Shown here in pieces: positions 10,401 through 19,228 of a DNA stretch of 28,792 nt. Made by a program: the position numbers and the translations under genes. Below the pieces are notes generated by a model. That model had not been told where the DNA came from, ran no database searches, and saw nothing but the letters and a program-made list of their open reading frames with translations. This stretch comes from a virus (taxonomy: Duplodnaviria; Caudoviricetes). The stretch's first letter is position 1. Each line of letters starts with the position of its first letter. The stretch covers positions 1 through 28,792 of IMG/VR virus record IMGVR_UViG_3300030095_000137. One strand, 5' to 3'.

Positions 10401-12722
10401 TCTGTCTTTAAATGCATCTGCTGATACTTGACCTGATTTAACTAATTCTTTGTCATCTAGTGTTGCTTTGTATGGATTTTCTAGACGTACATACAAAGGC
10501 ATAACAGTTGGTTCTATAGAACCGTCAGATGGTATGCGACCTTGTATTTGTCTGCTTTTTTTTAAATTTGCATAATATTTAGCTAGGTTTTCGTTGTCAG
10601 TTACATATATTCCAGTACCTAACCATCCAGTATCTAATCTTTTTGGATGATTTAAATCAAAACTATCTATGTTATCTGTAGTGCCGTGGTAAACAATTTG
10701 TGGAGTGCCATCAGAATTTTTTAATACAGACTTACCAAAAAACTTTTTAAATGCAGGTGTGTCTAATTTAACTGAACCATCTTGATTAAATAGTTGTTGT
10801 TCTGGTGATACATTAAATTTATCGTCAGTAGTTATGTTGTAAAAATATTTACTAAAAAACTCACTTGGTTTTATTCCTAATTGGTTTGCTTGCGTAACTA
10901 CAAAATCTCTCACAAAATAAGATAAAAATTTTGTTTGATTAGGTGTGTATACACCAGTAGTTTTTAACTGCTCACTAATATTTGTTTGTATAGTGTTAGC
11001 GTCTTTTCTTAATTCATCTACTAATTCTTTTTGTTCGTTTAATATTTGTTCTGCTTCTTGTTTTAATGTTTCTCTTTGTTCTGCAAATTGACCAGCTTCT
11101 ATTGCACTCATACTGTCTTGAGTTACACGCATATGAGGTTGCAATGCAAGACCTAATTGTGTGCCAGCAATTTTTGCAGCGTATGTTCCTGTCGGTACTG
11201 CAATATCTCCCTGTCCACCTGTAGCATTAATTTCTTTTAAATCATTTGCTATTTGTGGAGAAAACAATTCTAACTGTTCCATAGTTATACCATTGCTTCT
11301 TAACTGCTGATTTAATATTTCTGCGTCTACAAAAATGTTTGGTACGTCTTTGTCACTAGCTACATTTTGTACATAAGATTCAAATGCATTTGGATTTCTA
11401 GTTTTTGTTTTGTCTGTTGTAGATAAAGTTGTTAATGAATCAATAAATGCAGCATCTTTTGTTGCTTTTTTTGCTTTACTAACATCACTTATAAAAGTTG
11501 GCCCTGCACTGATACCAGCAAGTGGAAGCATACCAGTAGCAACCATTTCAAATACAGCAGCAAGCCTTTGCGATATTTCTGTTCTACCTTCTGCTGTTAA
11601 TAATTTACTTTCAAATTCGCCTTCTTCAAAATAGTTAGCAAAATCTTCACCTGCAATATTTACCAATTCTTGTAGCTGCTCAGTACCAACCTCTGTTGCC
11701 CAATTACGAAAAGCTGTAGTTCCAGTTTTGCGTAAAACTTGCACCATAGTAGGCTTTACTAAAGACTTATTAACTTCTTGCATAGTCTCTCTTATTAACA
11801 AACTTTTTATTGGTGCTGTAACTGTACTAAAACCGACAAATTCTAATCCACCATTAACAAGACCAACTGATATGCCAACGTTTCTTGCTACTTCATGGGA
11901 AATACCCATGTCTATAAGAGCATTATATTGATGACCTGCTTCTATCATCGTTCCTTCTTTTGCCGAACCAGTGGTTAAACCCCATATAAATCCAGTAATA
12001 ATTCCACCTTTAACAGTAATAGGTGCAAATGGGCCACCAAATAATCCTAATGTTCCACCTGTTGCTCCACCAGCCACACCAAACTTTACTGCTTCTTGCA
12101 TGGTTTTAGACCATTGACCACCTATAGTAAAAGTGTTTTCCCATAATCCAGAACCATCACCTTCTAGTTCTTCAAGCCTTACACCAATCTCTTCTATACG
12201 TTTATCTATTGTTTCGTTAGGTTTGCCTAGTTCTACATTGAGTGCTTTTTGGAAACCTAGTTTGCCTTGTTCAGATTGCAACCTACCTTTTTCCCAACCT
12301 TGTGCTGCGTTATCAGGAAAATTTTGTATACCAGTAAATGCACCTTCTATAAGACCTAAACGTTCTACATTGTCTTGCGCTATTGCTGCAAAATTAGGAT
12401 CAGTTAAATGACGCATTAATATTGGATTTGTATTAGCTAAATCCAGTTGATATATATTTTGTCGTTTATTTCTTTCTTTTAAAATATTTAAAGTTTTATC
12501 ACTATTTAAAGCAACACCAGATGGTAAATTTAAACGCTCTGCTAATTTTTGTGCTTCACCAGTGTTATCTGGATCTAACGTAGAAACTGTGTTTAAAATT
12601 TGTTTTAATTTTTTTTCTCGTTCTTTATTTTCTTGTTCATACAAATCATCAAATGGATTTTTTTCACTATAGTTTTGGCTTGGTGCTAAAGAATTTAAAT
12701 CATCAAATGGATTAGTAGGCAT
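4446..12722 (-). CDS. Giant internal virion/ejection protein (polyvalent): ART, HhH-glycosylase-like, second ART and zincin domains
   Basis: 2758 aa, last of three ejection genes before the fibre. Motifs: VYHGT..GTGIYVT..GYDG..NEIVVF (10290-10770); GPKIG..TMDRW..LQALVW (8980-10000); VYHHT..PDVYVTT..DDEFP (8480-8715); FLHETAH (8320-8345). Confidence 0.85.
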   Translation of the reverse strand: MPTNPFDDLNSLAPSQNYSEKNPFDDLYEQENKEREKKLKQILNTVSTLDPDNTGEAQKLAERLNLPSGVALNSDKTLNILKERNKRQNIYQLDLANTNPILMRHLTDPNFAAIAQDNVERLGLIEGAFTGIQNFPDNAAQGWEKGRLQSEQGKLGFQKALNVELGKPNETIDKRIEEIGVRLEELEGDGSGLWENTFTIGGQWSKTMQEAVKFGVAGGATGGTLGLFGGPFAPITVKGGIITGFIWGLTTGSAKEGTMIEAGHQYNALIDMGISHEVARNVGISVGLVNGGLEFVGFSTVTAPIKSLLIRETMQEVNKSLVKPTMVQVLRKTGTTAFRNWATEVGTEQLQELVNIAGEDFANYFEEGEFESKLLTAEGRTEISQRLAAVFEMVATGMLPLAGISAGPTFISDVSKAKKATKDAAFIDSLTTLSTTDKTKTRNPNAFESYVQNVASDKDVPNIFVDAEILNQQLRSNGITMEQLELFSPQIANDLKEINATGGQGDIAVPTGTYAAKIAGTQLGLALQPHMRVTQDSMSAIEAGQFAEQRETLKQEAEQILNEQKELVDELRKDANTIQTNISEQLKTTGVYTPNQTKFLSYFVRDFVVTQANQLGIKPSEFFSKYFYNITTDDKFNVSPEQQLFNQDGSVKLDTPAFKKFFGKSVLKNSDGTPQIVYHGTTDNIDSFDLNHPKRLDTGWLGTGIYVTDNENLAKYYANLKKSRQIQGRIPSDGSIEPTVMPLYVRLENPYKATLDDKELVKSGQVSADAFKDRLIAEGYDGAIMPVLDGNEIVVFDNKAVKSTINSGTWNTEIANIYKQQVQEILAQRGKQKKGKPIPQAVFQIARIVENFDFASSKPFATNRDFKLEIQNRIKEEAKKAKVDVSQFTVETEKYLVQTLLADAQFALQENANAVGWYNEKVSKALGVLSIIHPEIATDVQSNFIFKWALAVTSNGIKVDKNFELAEQAYAFYKTNNALPEVFESGGEAREAMEIAFKTMNRLLKEKPFAELEEFMRTMHTVKEVKEYTGRNVGGGYGLSEMVYGAAIAGPKIGNGFFANLYGQYEQLTMDRWLMRTWGRVTATLVTDKTKQARIKRDHIQQIIRSLTKEQKKAFETIIGRKLTLGDIDNVALAIKNASTAPANRVAMAQIATFAEDSKHEQIFLDIMGQPRKGDKTLSLGDLLRKRGNLLAKDNDGQKEAPSGAPERRNIVKVFSQVLETLQQTEPDLTMADLQALVWYPEKKLYDSAKLKEAAVETGYADNEAPDYANAAVGFAAKLGITNDLIQTKLQEVDSELQLQSDERATRTQRDDTGRGDNTDVGGTFQQQGRIDEATELPLNADGTVTVYHHTNRRAAEQIRATGQLRSAGEPDVYVTTRAITDTGYGDTAVAIRVEPTRLALDDEFPNGRRDYKLNVGKPKGSIQVKVGEFLQQANPDGIRGGFDPKTLTTVLTQESDLSTFLHETAHYMLTVMEDIAMSDQASQQQTDDFQTLLNFFGVKDAQTWNQLSIDKKRKFHEAFAYNYEIYLFEGKAPNTKLQEIFNRFSRFLRRIYKSIRDELNVIYRKENGQDLPILTDEIRSVMDRMLASQEQITQAEEIYGMKAMFQTQEQSGMDDATWNEYTQAMQAAENKSMEELTKASMRQVKWLSNAKSKVLKDIQKDVEKTRKKVVQEETNKIEKEKLYQVQAFLKRGEFVNDQGERVVAGSGHKIEIASLKNLVPFYDMASEIKKLRTGKYGMVAKEGMPVSLVAEMFGFKDPVEMINALVDMRPMKEIVMERTDQRMLNEFSNLTDPRRQELQVQEAIHNEARARFISVELRFLSKSMQPVRYQVAAAKQVAKELLAKKKLRDIRPSQFSRNEIKAAKNAEAAMKKGDTLAAIKAKKSQLLNNQLAKEALEIHQTFDKAQKLFKQVFGSDKKIATRRNMDLISAARAILAAYGLGPAVDKPSAYTDKLQAYNPDMFEQLKPLIEDLTNEGQQDIKDLTGEKFDTVYEMIQTLWYQSRRDKQVVIEGKRVELEAVVDELVGVMSRMETPTPVGVEAAPRTRVRFKRAMQQGKAMVRRIEHWADGMDGATKTGQGLIGSVVLERDEVRAGAFTRYIWRPVKNALNKYRVERANYTKKYSQMLAKLDMPKGKIVSGEFGYTFGNANGDFGKSELLGAMLHTGNTSNLRKLLLGRGWASINEDGSINTTAWKTFVARMESEGILTAKDYTFLQEVWDLNEQMKPLIQKAHNDVYGYYFKEVEATPIVNKYGSYRGGYVPAKTDPFLVSETEIKAKLEDLRSEFRQSLPSTGNGFTKARVEYNKPLSLDLRIMTKHIDDALRFAFVQPAIEDTFKILKNKTFANRLSELDPTIMDNALMPWLNRSARQTTMTAGRFKGFDKFWTKVRASTGVGIMFANIRNGLQQFTGYFPAMIKVGPSYLKGSLAQYVQNPMQFQEEIAELSPFMKERQFNQIFDVQDTLNQLLINPNQYQKVQKWAERHGYFMQQAFQNQVDSVVWSASYNKVLTESPKTMSEIEVQKEAIQQADANVRLTQDSLQAEDLAAFQVGSPFYKTMVQFGGYFNMIANLNATQYKKLFNDLGWRGTKGQLFMTYLLGFAMPAFVADLIVRATGGDLDDEDEDGYIDDVAGWFFGSQFRATFALVPFGNIAIVPFNSFNDLPYDDRITTSPSISTLEAATVGTARTLINAADPDKEITGKNVRDILSLMTLATGIPFTSIGRPVGVQFDINRGVIDPENTPDYIRALITGKASRRSRE
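8480..8839 (-). CDS. Putative nested overlapping gene (acidic, helical, ~119 aa) in an alternative frame inside the giant protein
   Basis: Part of ORF-track 8480..8875. AGGAGGT at 8845-8851 lies 5 nt before an in-frame GTG at 8837-8839 (alternative ATG at MSVQQE). E/Q/L/M/S-rich product; stop falls at the end of the ART2 domain. Confidence 0.55.
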   Translation of the reverse strand: MSYSYNPMSVQQEHNEMIQDEEITQMLEELSNNKEELTKPQNSPLMQTEQLPSTTTPTEEQQNKLEPQVNLGVLENLMSTLPPEQSQILATVIPQLQSGSSLPDLLSMMSSQTDEEITN

Positions 12723-12724
12723 TA

Positions 12725-15394
12725 TTAATCCTCCTTATATAAAAATGCTTCAGTTTCATTTTTAGGTTGACCTTTGCGTACAAAATAATCTGCAATATTT
12801 TTTTGTGTAGTAGGTTTATTTGCTTTGCGCAAAGATTTTATAATTAGTTTTAAAACTTCTGGATCAATTTTACTTGTAAATACTCTTACGTTTTTGTCTT
12901 TATAAGGTATGTCAACATAAACATCTTGTAATCTATCTTGATCAACAAAGAAAACATTTGTATCTTTTGTATCGCCACCACCAATAAATCCTAAAAATGG
13001 ATCATTATCAACATTGACATTGTCTAATAATATATCGTTTAAAGCATCTCGTTTTTCACCCATAGTTAATTTTACATTTCCTTTTGTTATTTGTCGTGCG
13101 TTAATTTCTGTTAACCATGCGTCATTTATAGCAATATATTGTTTTTTCTTTTCTTTATTTTTAGACGTATATAAATCACCCATATCATATTTATCTAAAG
13201 TAGCTTTTAACATAGTGACATTGCCTGTCGCTTCTATTACTTTGTTTTCACTTCTTAAAGAAGCTGCATATCGTTTTAATTCTAAATATTGTCCGTTACT
13301 TAATTTGTGACTATATGATTCTAAATTAGTTGCAATTTCTGCTGGATTAGTTTTTAGTTGAACTACTGTATCTACATCTGATTCTACTGGCTGTCCATTT
13401 TTTAATATTTCCTGATCTTGCTCGGTAAAATTATCAATATCTACATTGTTAGCAATTAAATTTTGCCATCCTCCCGGTGCTGCAAATGCTATTTCTTTTG
13501 CATTATTAAAAGCTTGATAGTATATACTTTTTGTTTTATTTTCTATTTGACTATATTTAATATCTAAATCTTTTATTGCATAATCTAATTCTTCTTCATC
13601 TATAACTGTATCTTTTAATTTTTCTACTAACTTTTCTTTTGGTTGTAAACCTGTAATTTCATCAACTATTATTGTTTCGTCTGTGTCTGGATTGTAATCA
13701 TAGTTAACATTTTTCTTTAAAACTTCTAAATCATTGGCAATTTTATTTTGATATATTTCTGCTTTATCTGCTTTTGTTTCTGCAAAATCTTTTTGACCAG
13801 TTCTTCCTCCAAATCTTTTTTCGCCAGTAAAAAATTCTAAATCTTCAGTACGAACACCGGGATTTACTTGTATTGCATTATCTTTGTTTTGATAATATTC
13901 TTTTTTAGCTTTACTGTATGCTGTACCTCCTGACTTACCAGTTCCAAAATCACTTCTTTTTGGTGGGTTTGGAAATATAGTTTTTGTTTTGCTGTAAAAC
14001 ATATTATATCTATCACCTGTTGCGTCTTCAATTAATTGATTGTATTTATCCAATATTGCTGCTTTTATTATTTTTTCATTTTCTGGGTTTTTAAAAAATT
14101 CTTCTTCAAATTTTTTCTTAGCTATTTTAAATTTTCTACGACCTGCTTTATTATCTGGAAATGTATTTTTAAACTCAGGCAATTCATATTCTCGTTCTGC
14201 TTTGCTATATAACGAGTCTGCTTTATTTACACCAAGTTTTTGTGTCGCAAACAAATGTGTTGTTTGATGTTGTGGTATTAACTGTTTTGTGCTGCCCTCT
14301 TTATAAAATTTAGACGTACTTCTAATTTGTTGTAATAGTTCTATTCTTTCATTTCTTTGACTACCTGTTATGTTAATAAGTTCATCATTACTATTAAAAC
14401 CGTCTTTAACTGATCCACCAATACCATTAGATGTAGTGTTGTTGCTACTTAAACCAAATATTGTGTTTGCTTGATCTAAAAAATTGCCATTGTTTTGATT
14501 ACTATTATTAGCAATAAGCGTGTCATTAATAACCTCTTGGTTATGTTCCATATGGTCTTTTTCTACTTTTGCCTTTAATTTAGAAGCATCTTTTGGATTT
14601 AATATTGGATTTAATTTTTCAAATAATCTTTCTATTTCACCCCATTCTGTATCTTCGCCAAGTTTTTTTATAAGGTCTTTATATATATCCATATTATATT
14701 CATTTATTGATTTTATATATTGATCGCTAATTCCTATTTTATTACCGTTAACATCTTCTGCTTCGGGATCAAGATTCCAACCTTTTAATATTGCTTGTTC
14801 TTTTAGTTTTTCTAAACCTGCTGCATAATGCAAAACAAATTCGCCAGTAGGATCATTCCAACTTGCATAATTATTTTTTGCAATTGTTTTTCTAATTTCA
14901 AGAGCAGCTTTTACTTCATTTTCGTGAGCTAAACGTTGTTGTTTTATAGAATGCTGCGTCATTTTATTTTCCGCAGATCTTAATGAAACTGATGCCATAT
15001 TTTCAAACAAATATTTTATATCACCATTACTTGCTTTTTCTGCATATGCTTCCATTAATCCATAGTTATTGTTACTAGTTAAATCATATTGACTATTGCC
15101 AGTGTCTTTATCAACAGTTTTAACTGCATCAAAACCTTGAGTATTAAGATAGTTATTAGTATTTAATTCTAATTCACTGTAAAAATCGTTATATAATTTT
15201 TTTGATTCAACATCGTTATATTCATCTTGTAATTTAAAAGCAATTTCAGAAACATTTTGTTGTGCCTTACTTGCTCTTTGCAAATCATTTGTAACAGTAT
15301 CTTGTACAGGTTCTATTCTTCCACCAGTAAATTGCGGAGCAGAACCAATTTCTAGTCCTACTTGTGGTGTTTGTTGTAACGGTACTCTTGCCAT
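12725..15394 (-). CDS. Internal virion/ejection protein (second of three)
   Basis: 889 aa, helical and charged, MARVP N-terminus, located between the small and giant ejection genes as in podovirus ejectosome clusters. Confidence 0.7.
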   Translation of the reverse strand: MARVPLQQTPQVGLEIGSAPQFTGGRIEPVQDTVTNDLQRASKAQQNVSEIAFKLQDEYNDVESKKLYNDFYSELELNTNNYLNTQGFDAVKTVDKDTGNSQYDLTSNNNYGLMEAYAEKASNGDIKYLFENMASVSLRSAENKMTQHSIKQQRLAHENEVKAALEIRKTIAKNNYASWNDPTGEFVLHYAAGLEKLKEQAILKGWNLDPEAEDVNGNKIGISDQYIKSINEYNMDIYKDLIKKLGEDTEWGEIERLFEKLNPILNPKDASKLKAKVEKDHMEHNQEVINDTLIANNSNQNNGNFLDQANTIFGLSSNNTTSNGIGGSVKDGFNSNDELINITGSQRNERIELLQQIRSTSKFYKEGSTKQLIPQHQTTHLFATQKLGVNKADSLYSKAEREYELPEFKNTFPDNKAGRRKFKIAKKKFEEEFFKNPENEKIIKAAILDKYNQLIEDATGDRYNMFYSKTKTIFPNPPKRSDFGTGKSGGTAYSKAKKEYYQNKDNAIQVNPGVRTEDLEFFTGEKRFGGRTGQKDFAETKADKAEIYQNKIANDLEVLKKNVNYDYNPDTDETIIVDEITGLQPKEKLVEKLKDTVIDEEELDYAIKDLDIKYSQIENKTKSIYYQAFNNAKEIAFAAPGGWQNLIANNVDIDNFTEQDQEILKNGQPVESDVDTVVQLKTNPAEIATNLESYSHKLSNGQYLELKRYAASLRSENKVIEATGNVTMLKATLDKYDMGDLYTSKNKEKKKQYIAINDAWLTEINARQITKGNVKLTMGEKRDALNDILLDNVNVDNDPFLGFIGGGDTKDTNVFFVDQDRLQDVYVDIPYKDKNVRVFTSKIDPEVLKLIIKSLRKANKPTTQKNIADYFVRKGQPKNETEAFLYKED

Positions 15395-15400
15395 AATTAA

Positions 15401-15982
15401 TTATCCTCTTTCCCAAAAACTTTTTGGTAAATTACTAACAATGTTGGTTGCTCCTGTTAATAACGTACTGCTCATGTTCATAAATGGACTTATAGTTGAA
15501 GCTGTAGAAAATAAATTATCAGCAGATACTCCAAGCATATCTCCTCTTATTCCCATATTAACTGCTCGCAATCTTTGATTACTCATAGCTTTTACTTTAT
15601 TTGTATTCATAGTTAACTTGTCTATTTCTTTTAATATTTCAGCACTGGCAAAAACATTTGCTGTACTACCAACACCCATTTGTATACCCCTTGCAGCAAA
15701 CGATGCTTTAGAACTTGATATTGCTTGACCTGCTTTCATAGTTCGTATTGCTATTTGTTTGTTATATGCTCTTCCAATATGTTGCGCTTGGCTCTCCAAC
15801 ATACGTTTGTTGAGCTTCGCCATATCTTGTTGATGCTCAAGATTTAATGCCTGACTTTTTAATTGATATCTTTGTGTATCAGCAGCAGCCCTATCAGCAA
15901 TCATGCCAGTTAAAGTGCTACCTATACCAGTAATAAGACCAAATTTGTCTCCTAAACCTAAAGATGACCAGCCTGTAGACAT
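15401..15982 (-). CDS. Small internal virion/ejection protein
   Basis: 193 aa with Gly-rich hydrophobic N-terminus, a coiled coil and ASFAARGIQMGVGS motif typical of the first ejection protein after tail tubular B. Confidence 0.75.
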   Translation of the reverse strand: MSTGWSSLGLGDKFGLITGIGSTLTGMIADRAAADTQRYQLKSQALNLEHQQDMAKLNKRMLESQAQHIGRAYNKQIAIRTMKAGQAISSSKASFAARGIQMGVGSTANVFASAEILKEIDKLTMNTNKVKAMSNQRLRAVNMGIRGDMLGVSADNLFSTASTISPFMNMSSTLLTGATNIVSNLPKSFWERG

Positions 15983-16008
15983 TAGCTCAACACTCTACTT
16001 ATTTTTAT

Positions 16009-16042
16009 AATATACATACAGTTTATCTGTTTACGGTCACAC
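16009..16042 (-). promoter_or_regulatory. Putative late promoter 2 (GTGTGACCGTAA-N16-TATATT, extended TG) upstream of ejection genes
   Basis: 12-mer at 16031-16042, hexamer at 16009-16014. Confidence 0.75.
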
Positions 16043-18507
16043 TATCCACCAATGGCAACTTCTAAAGTTAGACCAACAACAGTTAATGGTAATGGGTCAG
16101 TTTGTCGTACAAATAATTGACCATTATCTTGCCAAGTAGGAGTTAACATAATTTTTATATCTTCGGTCTTTAAATTAGGTGGTGATCCATATGGTTCTGT
16201 TGTACGTTGTTTTGCTTCTATTAATTTATCGGAAGATGGGCCAGCAAAAATACCAGATGATTCTAATACTCTTAACCAAACATGATTTAAATTTTTTACT
16301 CGGCCTTGACCAAATGCTTCTACTTGCAAAGCCAAAGGCAATGATTGTAAATCGCTGTTGTATTCCAAACCTATATGAGCAACACTAGCTGCACGGTTTA
16401 ATGTAACAGTGCCACTGCTAACAACTCTTTGTGGATGCACTGCACCATCTGCCAAAATGCTTACTGTTTTACCTTCTATATATGACAAGTCTGTAATTGT
16501 GTTTCTTGCCACTTCGTAGGTTGTAATTCCTGTATTGCGTAAACTTGCTGGTAAATCTACGTCTAATTTTACAGTTGCTACCGTCTGACTTGATGTAGAT
16601 AAAATTACACATCTATAAGTTGTCGTCCCATCAAGTAAAACTATGGCATCATCTTTATCAGCGACACTAGGAGGTGCTTGAAATAAATTGTAATTAGCAG
16701 TAATTGTAACGCTTTCTCCTCTTGTATAATTTGTACCGCCAGATATAGTTACTGTTTGGTTTGTGTCTGTATTTGTACCATTATATGTTGCACCACAATC
16801 AACAAAAAAACTATCTCGTTGGTTTGCATATATTCTTGTTCCCATACGTTCTATATATCTTTTACTAGCACCATTAATTGTTCTTTTTATAACGCAATAA
16901 ACTACATCATCAGCACCTTCAGCTACTACTGCAACGCTCTCAAACAAACCATCAGTATCATGCTGATGCCATGCACCTACTGCTTGCTCTGGTACATATG
17001 TAAGACCTAATAATTTACCTTGATCATTAACAAACCAAACTACAGGCAATGGTGCTTTTGCCATTCCCATGTCTTTAATTTCAAAATGATCAAATAAATG
17101 CGCTGCTCTTAATGACAAATCACCTGTAATAAATCCATTTGCTTGCCAGTTATAACCAAGTTCTCTTACATGACCGCCACGAGATGCAGCATAAACCATG
17201 CTGTTATTAACAATTACTGGTTGTGAATTATTAGACCCAACATAAGATTGTGGTTTTACTGATATAGATGTAGGTGTTATAGCGTCACTGTTAACAGAAG
17301 TAACTCGCCACTCTGCTGAACCTGTAAGCAATAGCAATTGCGTTAACGGAACAATATGTCTGATAGTATTTGCTTCACGAGCAGCAACCCTAAACTCAAT
17401 ACGGTCATCATCTCTTATAGGTAAACCAAACGACATATTACTTTCAGTACCTGATTTGGTCATCCATATATTTTGTGGTGCATTATTAGTACCTGCAAAC
17501 ACTCTACGTTGTTCAAAATAAGATACAGCACCGGGATAATTACCAGTACCTACAAAATCATTTTCATATATTGGTGGTGTTACAGAAAAATCTGGCCCTA
17601 TATTATTATCAATAATAGTTGTAGTTGTAGTCTCACCAATAAAACCAAAAATACCACCTTGATCTTTATATACTCTATATCTAGTAGCTCCACTAACTGC
17701 GTTCCAAGTAACAGTATTTTTTGCTCCAGTAACAAAAATATTATTGTTAACAGATGCAGCACTTGATTGTGCGCTTTCGTCTACTAAATTTGGTGCAATA
17801 GCAGTTACAACATAATTATGAGTTGCAAAAGTATCAGTATTAGTACTAGTAGATGATGGTATATAAGCAGCTACACTAACTCCTGTAGGTGATGCTAATG
17901 GACTTCCAAAATCAATTAGTTTTACTTCCCATTTTGTTGCGCCTAATCTTCTTAATTCTCTTGGTGCGTGATTAGGATGTACTAGCGTTATAACATCAGC
18001 AGATTGTACATAATGTAAATCAAATAATTCTGCTTCTAAATATGGTGATGGTATTTCGTATGTAAAATCCGCAGGTAAAGCATACCAATTTGTAGAGTTT
18101 GGTGGCTGACTATTAGAATGTACAGTTTTAGAATAATAATTTGTACCGCTATATTTTGCTATATCACCAACTACATAATTAGTACTGCCACTCCATGCTG
18201 TACCGTCTGTATATTGTAATGTTTGTCCTTGAGTATGAAATCTAAAATAGGTATTACCCATTTCAATAACCATTGTTTGAACAGTATTAAATGTAAAAGA
18301 TAATAACCTTGTAGCTTTTGTACTGTCTTTTACTTCTTTTACAAATGCAAACCCCGGTCTGTTTTGTGCTGGCCCTTGTGGTTTGGCAATAAAATTACGC
18401 ATTGTTGCAGCACCTTGCTGATATTTAGCGTCATCAATACGGCCAAACATTTCTGGAGAAATCTCACCTGCTGAAAATGCTTTTGCAAATGTGCGTGTAA
18501 CTGGCAT
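16042..18507 (-). CDS. Tail tubular protein B / nozzle (P22 gp10/T7 gp12-like role)
   Basis: 821 aa. FSAGEISPEMFGRID..Y..GAATMRNFI..PQGPAQNRPG N-terminus, YPGAVSYFEQRRVFAG, AWHQHDTDG and C-terminal QTDPLPLTV, typical of BPP-1-like nozzle proteins. Confidence 0.88.
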   Translation of the reverse strand: MPVTRTFAKAFSAGEISPEMFGRIDDAKYQQGAATMRNFIAKPQGPAQNRPGFAFVKEVKDSTKATRLLSFTFNTVQTMVIEMGNTYFRFHTQGQTLQYTDGTAWSGSTNYVVGDIAKYSGTNYYSKTVHSNSQPPNSTNWYALPADFTYEIPSPYLEAELFDLHYVQSADVITLVHPNHAPRELRRLGATKWEVKLIDFGSPLASPTGVSVAAYIPSSTSTNTDTFATHNYVVTAIAPNLVDESAQSSAASVNNNIFVTGAKNTVTWNAVSGATRYRVYKDQGGIFGFIGETTTTTIIDNNIGPDFSVTPPIYENDFVGTGNYPGAVSYFEQRRVFAGTNNAPQNIWMTKSGTESNMSFGLPIRDDDRIEFRVAAREANTIRHIVPLTQLLLLTGSAEWRVTSVNSDAITPTSISVKPQSYVGSNNSQPVIVNNSMVYAASRGGHVRELGYNWQANGFITGDLSLRAAHLFDHFEIKDMGMAKAPLPVVWFVNDQGKLLGLTYVPEQAVGAWHQHDTDGLFESVAVVAEGADDVVYCVIKRTINGASKRYIERMGTRIYANQRDSFFVDCGATYNGTNTDTNQTVTISGGTNYTRGESVTITANYNLFQAPPSVADKDDAIVLLDGTTTYRCVILSTSSQTVATVKLDVDLPASLRNTGITTYEVARNTITDLSYIEGKTVSILADGAVHPQRVVSSGTVTLNRAASVAHIGLEYNSDLQSLPLALQVEAFGQGRVKNLNHVWLRVLESSGIFAGPSSDKLIEAKQRTTEPYGSPPNLKTEDIKIMLTPTWQDNGQLFVRQTDPLPLTVVGLTLEVAIGG

Positions 18508-18510
18508 TGT

Positions 18511-19179
18511 TTACCTCCCTGATGTCCAAGGTACAATATGTTCTATCGTTATATCTCTTTGTAAATTGTCAGATTGTTTTGCACTTGCTAAATAACCTTG
18601 CATCATTTCTGTACTACGTTTTGCTTCTGCTATTCCTTGATCTCCTTTTATTATTGGCCCTGCTAACATTGATGCCAAATGCCATGACAATGTAATTACA
18701 AATAAAGGTGAAAAAGTTGATGGGTCAGTTATAAATGCTTGATATCGCAACATTGCATTTTCTTGGTTTGTATAAATATAAGTACCTTCTATCGCAAATT
18801 GTTGTGGTGTATATTGCCCTGCCACAATTGTAGGTGCGTAATTAGATGTAATTCCTCCGGGGGTATCGCCAGCAGACATTCTTGTAGCGTAATCGTTTTG
18901 TGCTGTCGGAGATATTATTGAAATAGGTGACATCATGTCAGCAGGTGCGACATATGCATAATCCCACTGGTCAAGAGTATTTGTTGTAAGTGCTAAATTT
19001 CCACGTTTTGCTGCAAAATTCCATGTATGCATTTGTAGCAAAGTGTTTCTTGCTATTGGATAAAAACGTGCAGCTTTTTCTGCTTGCGCTGATCCTTCTG
19101 GTGGGGATAGCGTAGCTATTGTTGCATCATCACCCAAGTGCGCTAGGGCAAGGTTGCAAATATCTACTTCGGTTGCCAT
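18511..19179 (-). CDS. Tail tubular protein A / adaptor
   Basis: 222 aa. TEVDICNLALAHLG...HTWNFA...YAYVAPAD...LSWHLASMLA motifs; GGAG SD upstream. Confidence 0.88.
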   Translation of the reverse strand: MATEVDICNLALAHLGDDATIATLSPPEGSAQAEKAARFYPIARNTLLQMHTWNFAAKRGNLALTTNTLDQWDYAYVAPADMMSPISIISPTAQNDYATRMSAGDTPGGITSNYAPTIVAGQYTPQQFAIEGTYIYTNQENAMLRYQAFITDPSTFSPLFVITLSWHLASMLAGPIIKGDQGIAEAKRSTEMMQGYLASAKQSDNLQRDITIEHIVPWTSGR

Positions 19180-19191
19180 TACATCTCCTAT

Positions 19192-19228
19192 AAAAAGAGG
19201 AGGATAGCAGTAATACTACTAGCCCCCT
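19192..19228 (-). terminator. Probable intrinsic terminator after the capsid/cement genes
   Basis: Minus strand AGGGGGCTAGTAG-TATTA-CTGCTATCCTCCT-CTTTTT: imperfect stem (GU pairs, one mismatch) plus a short U tract, between head and tail genes. Confidence 0.6.
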
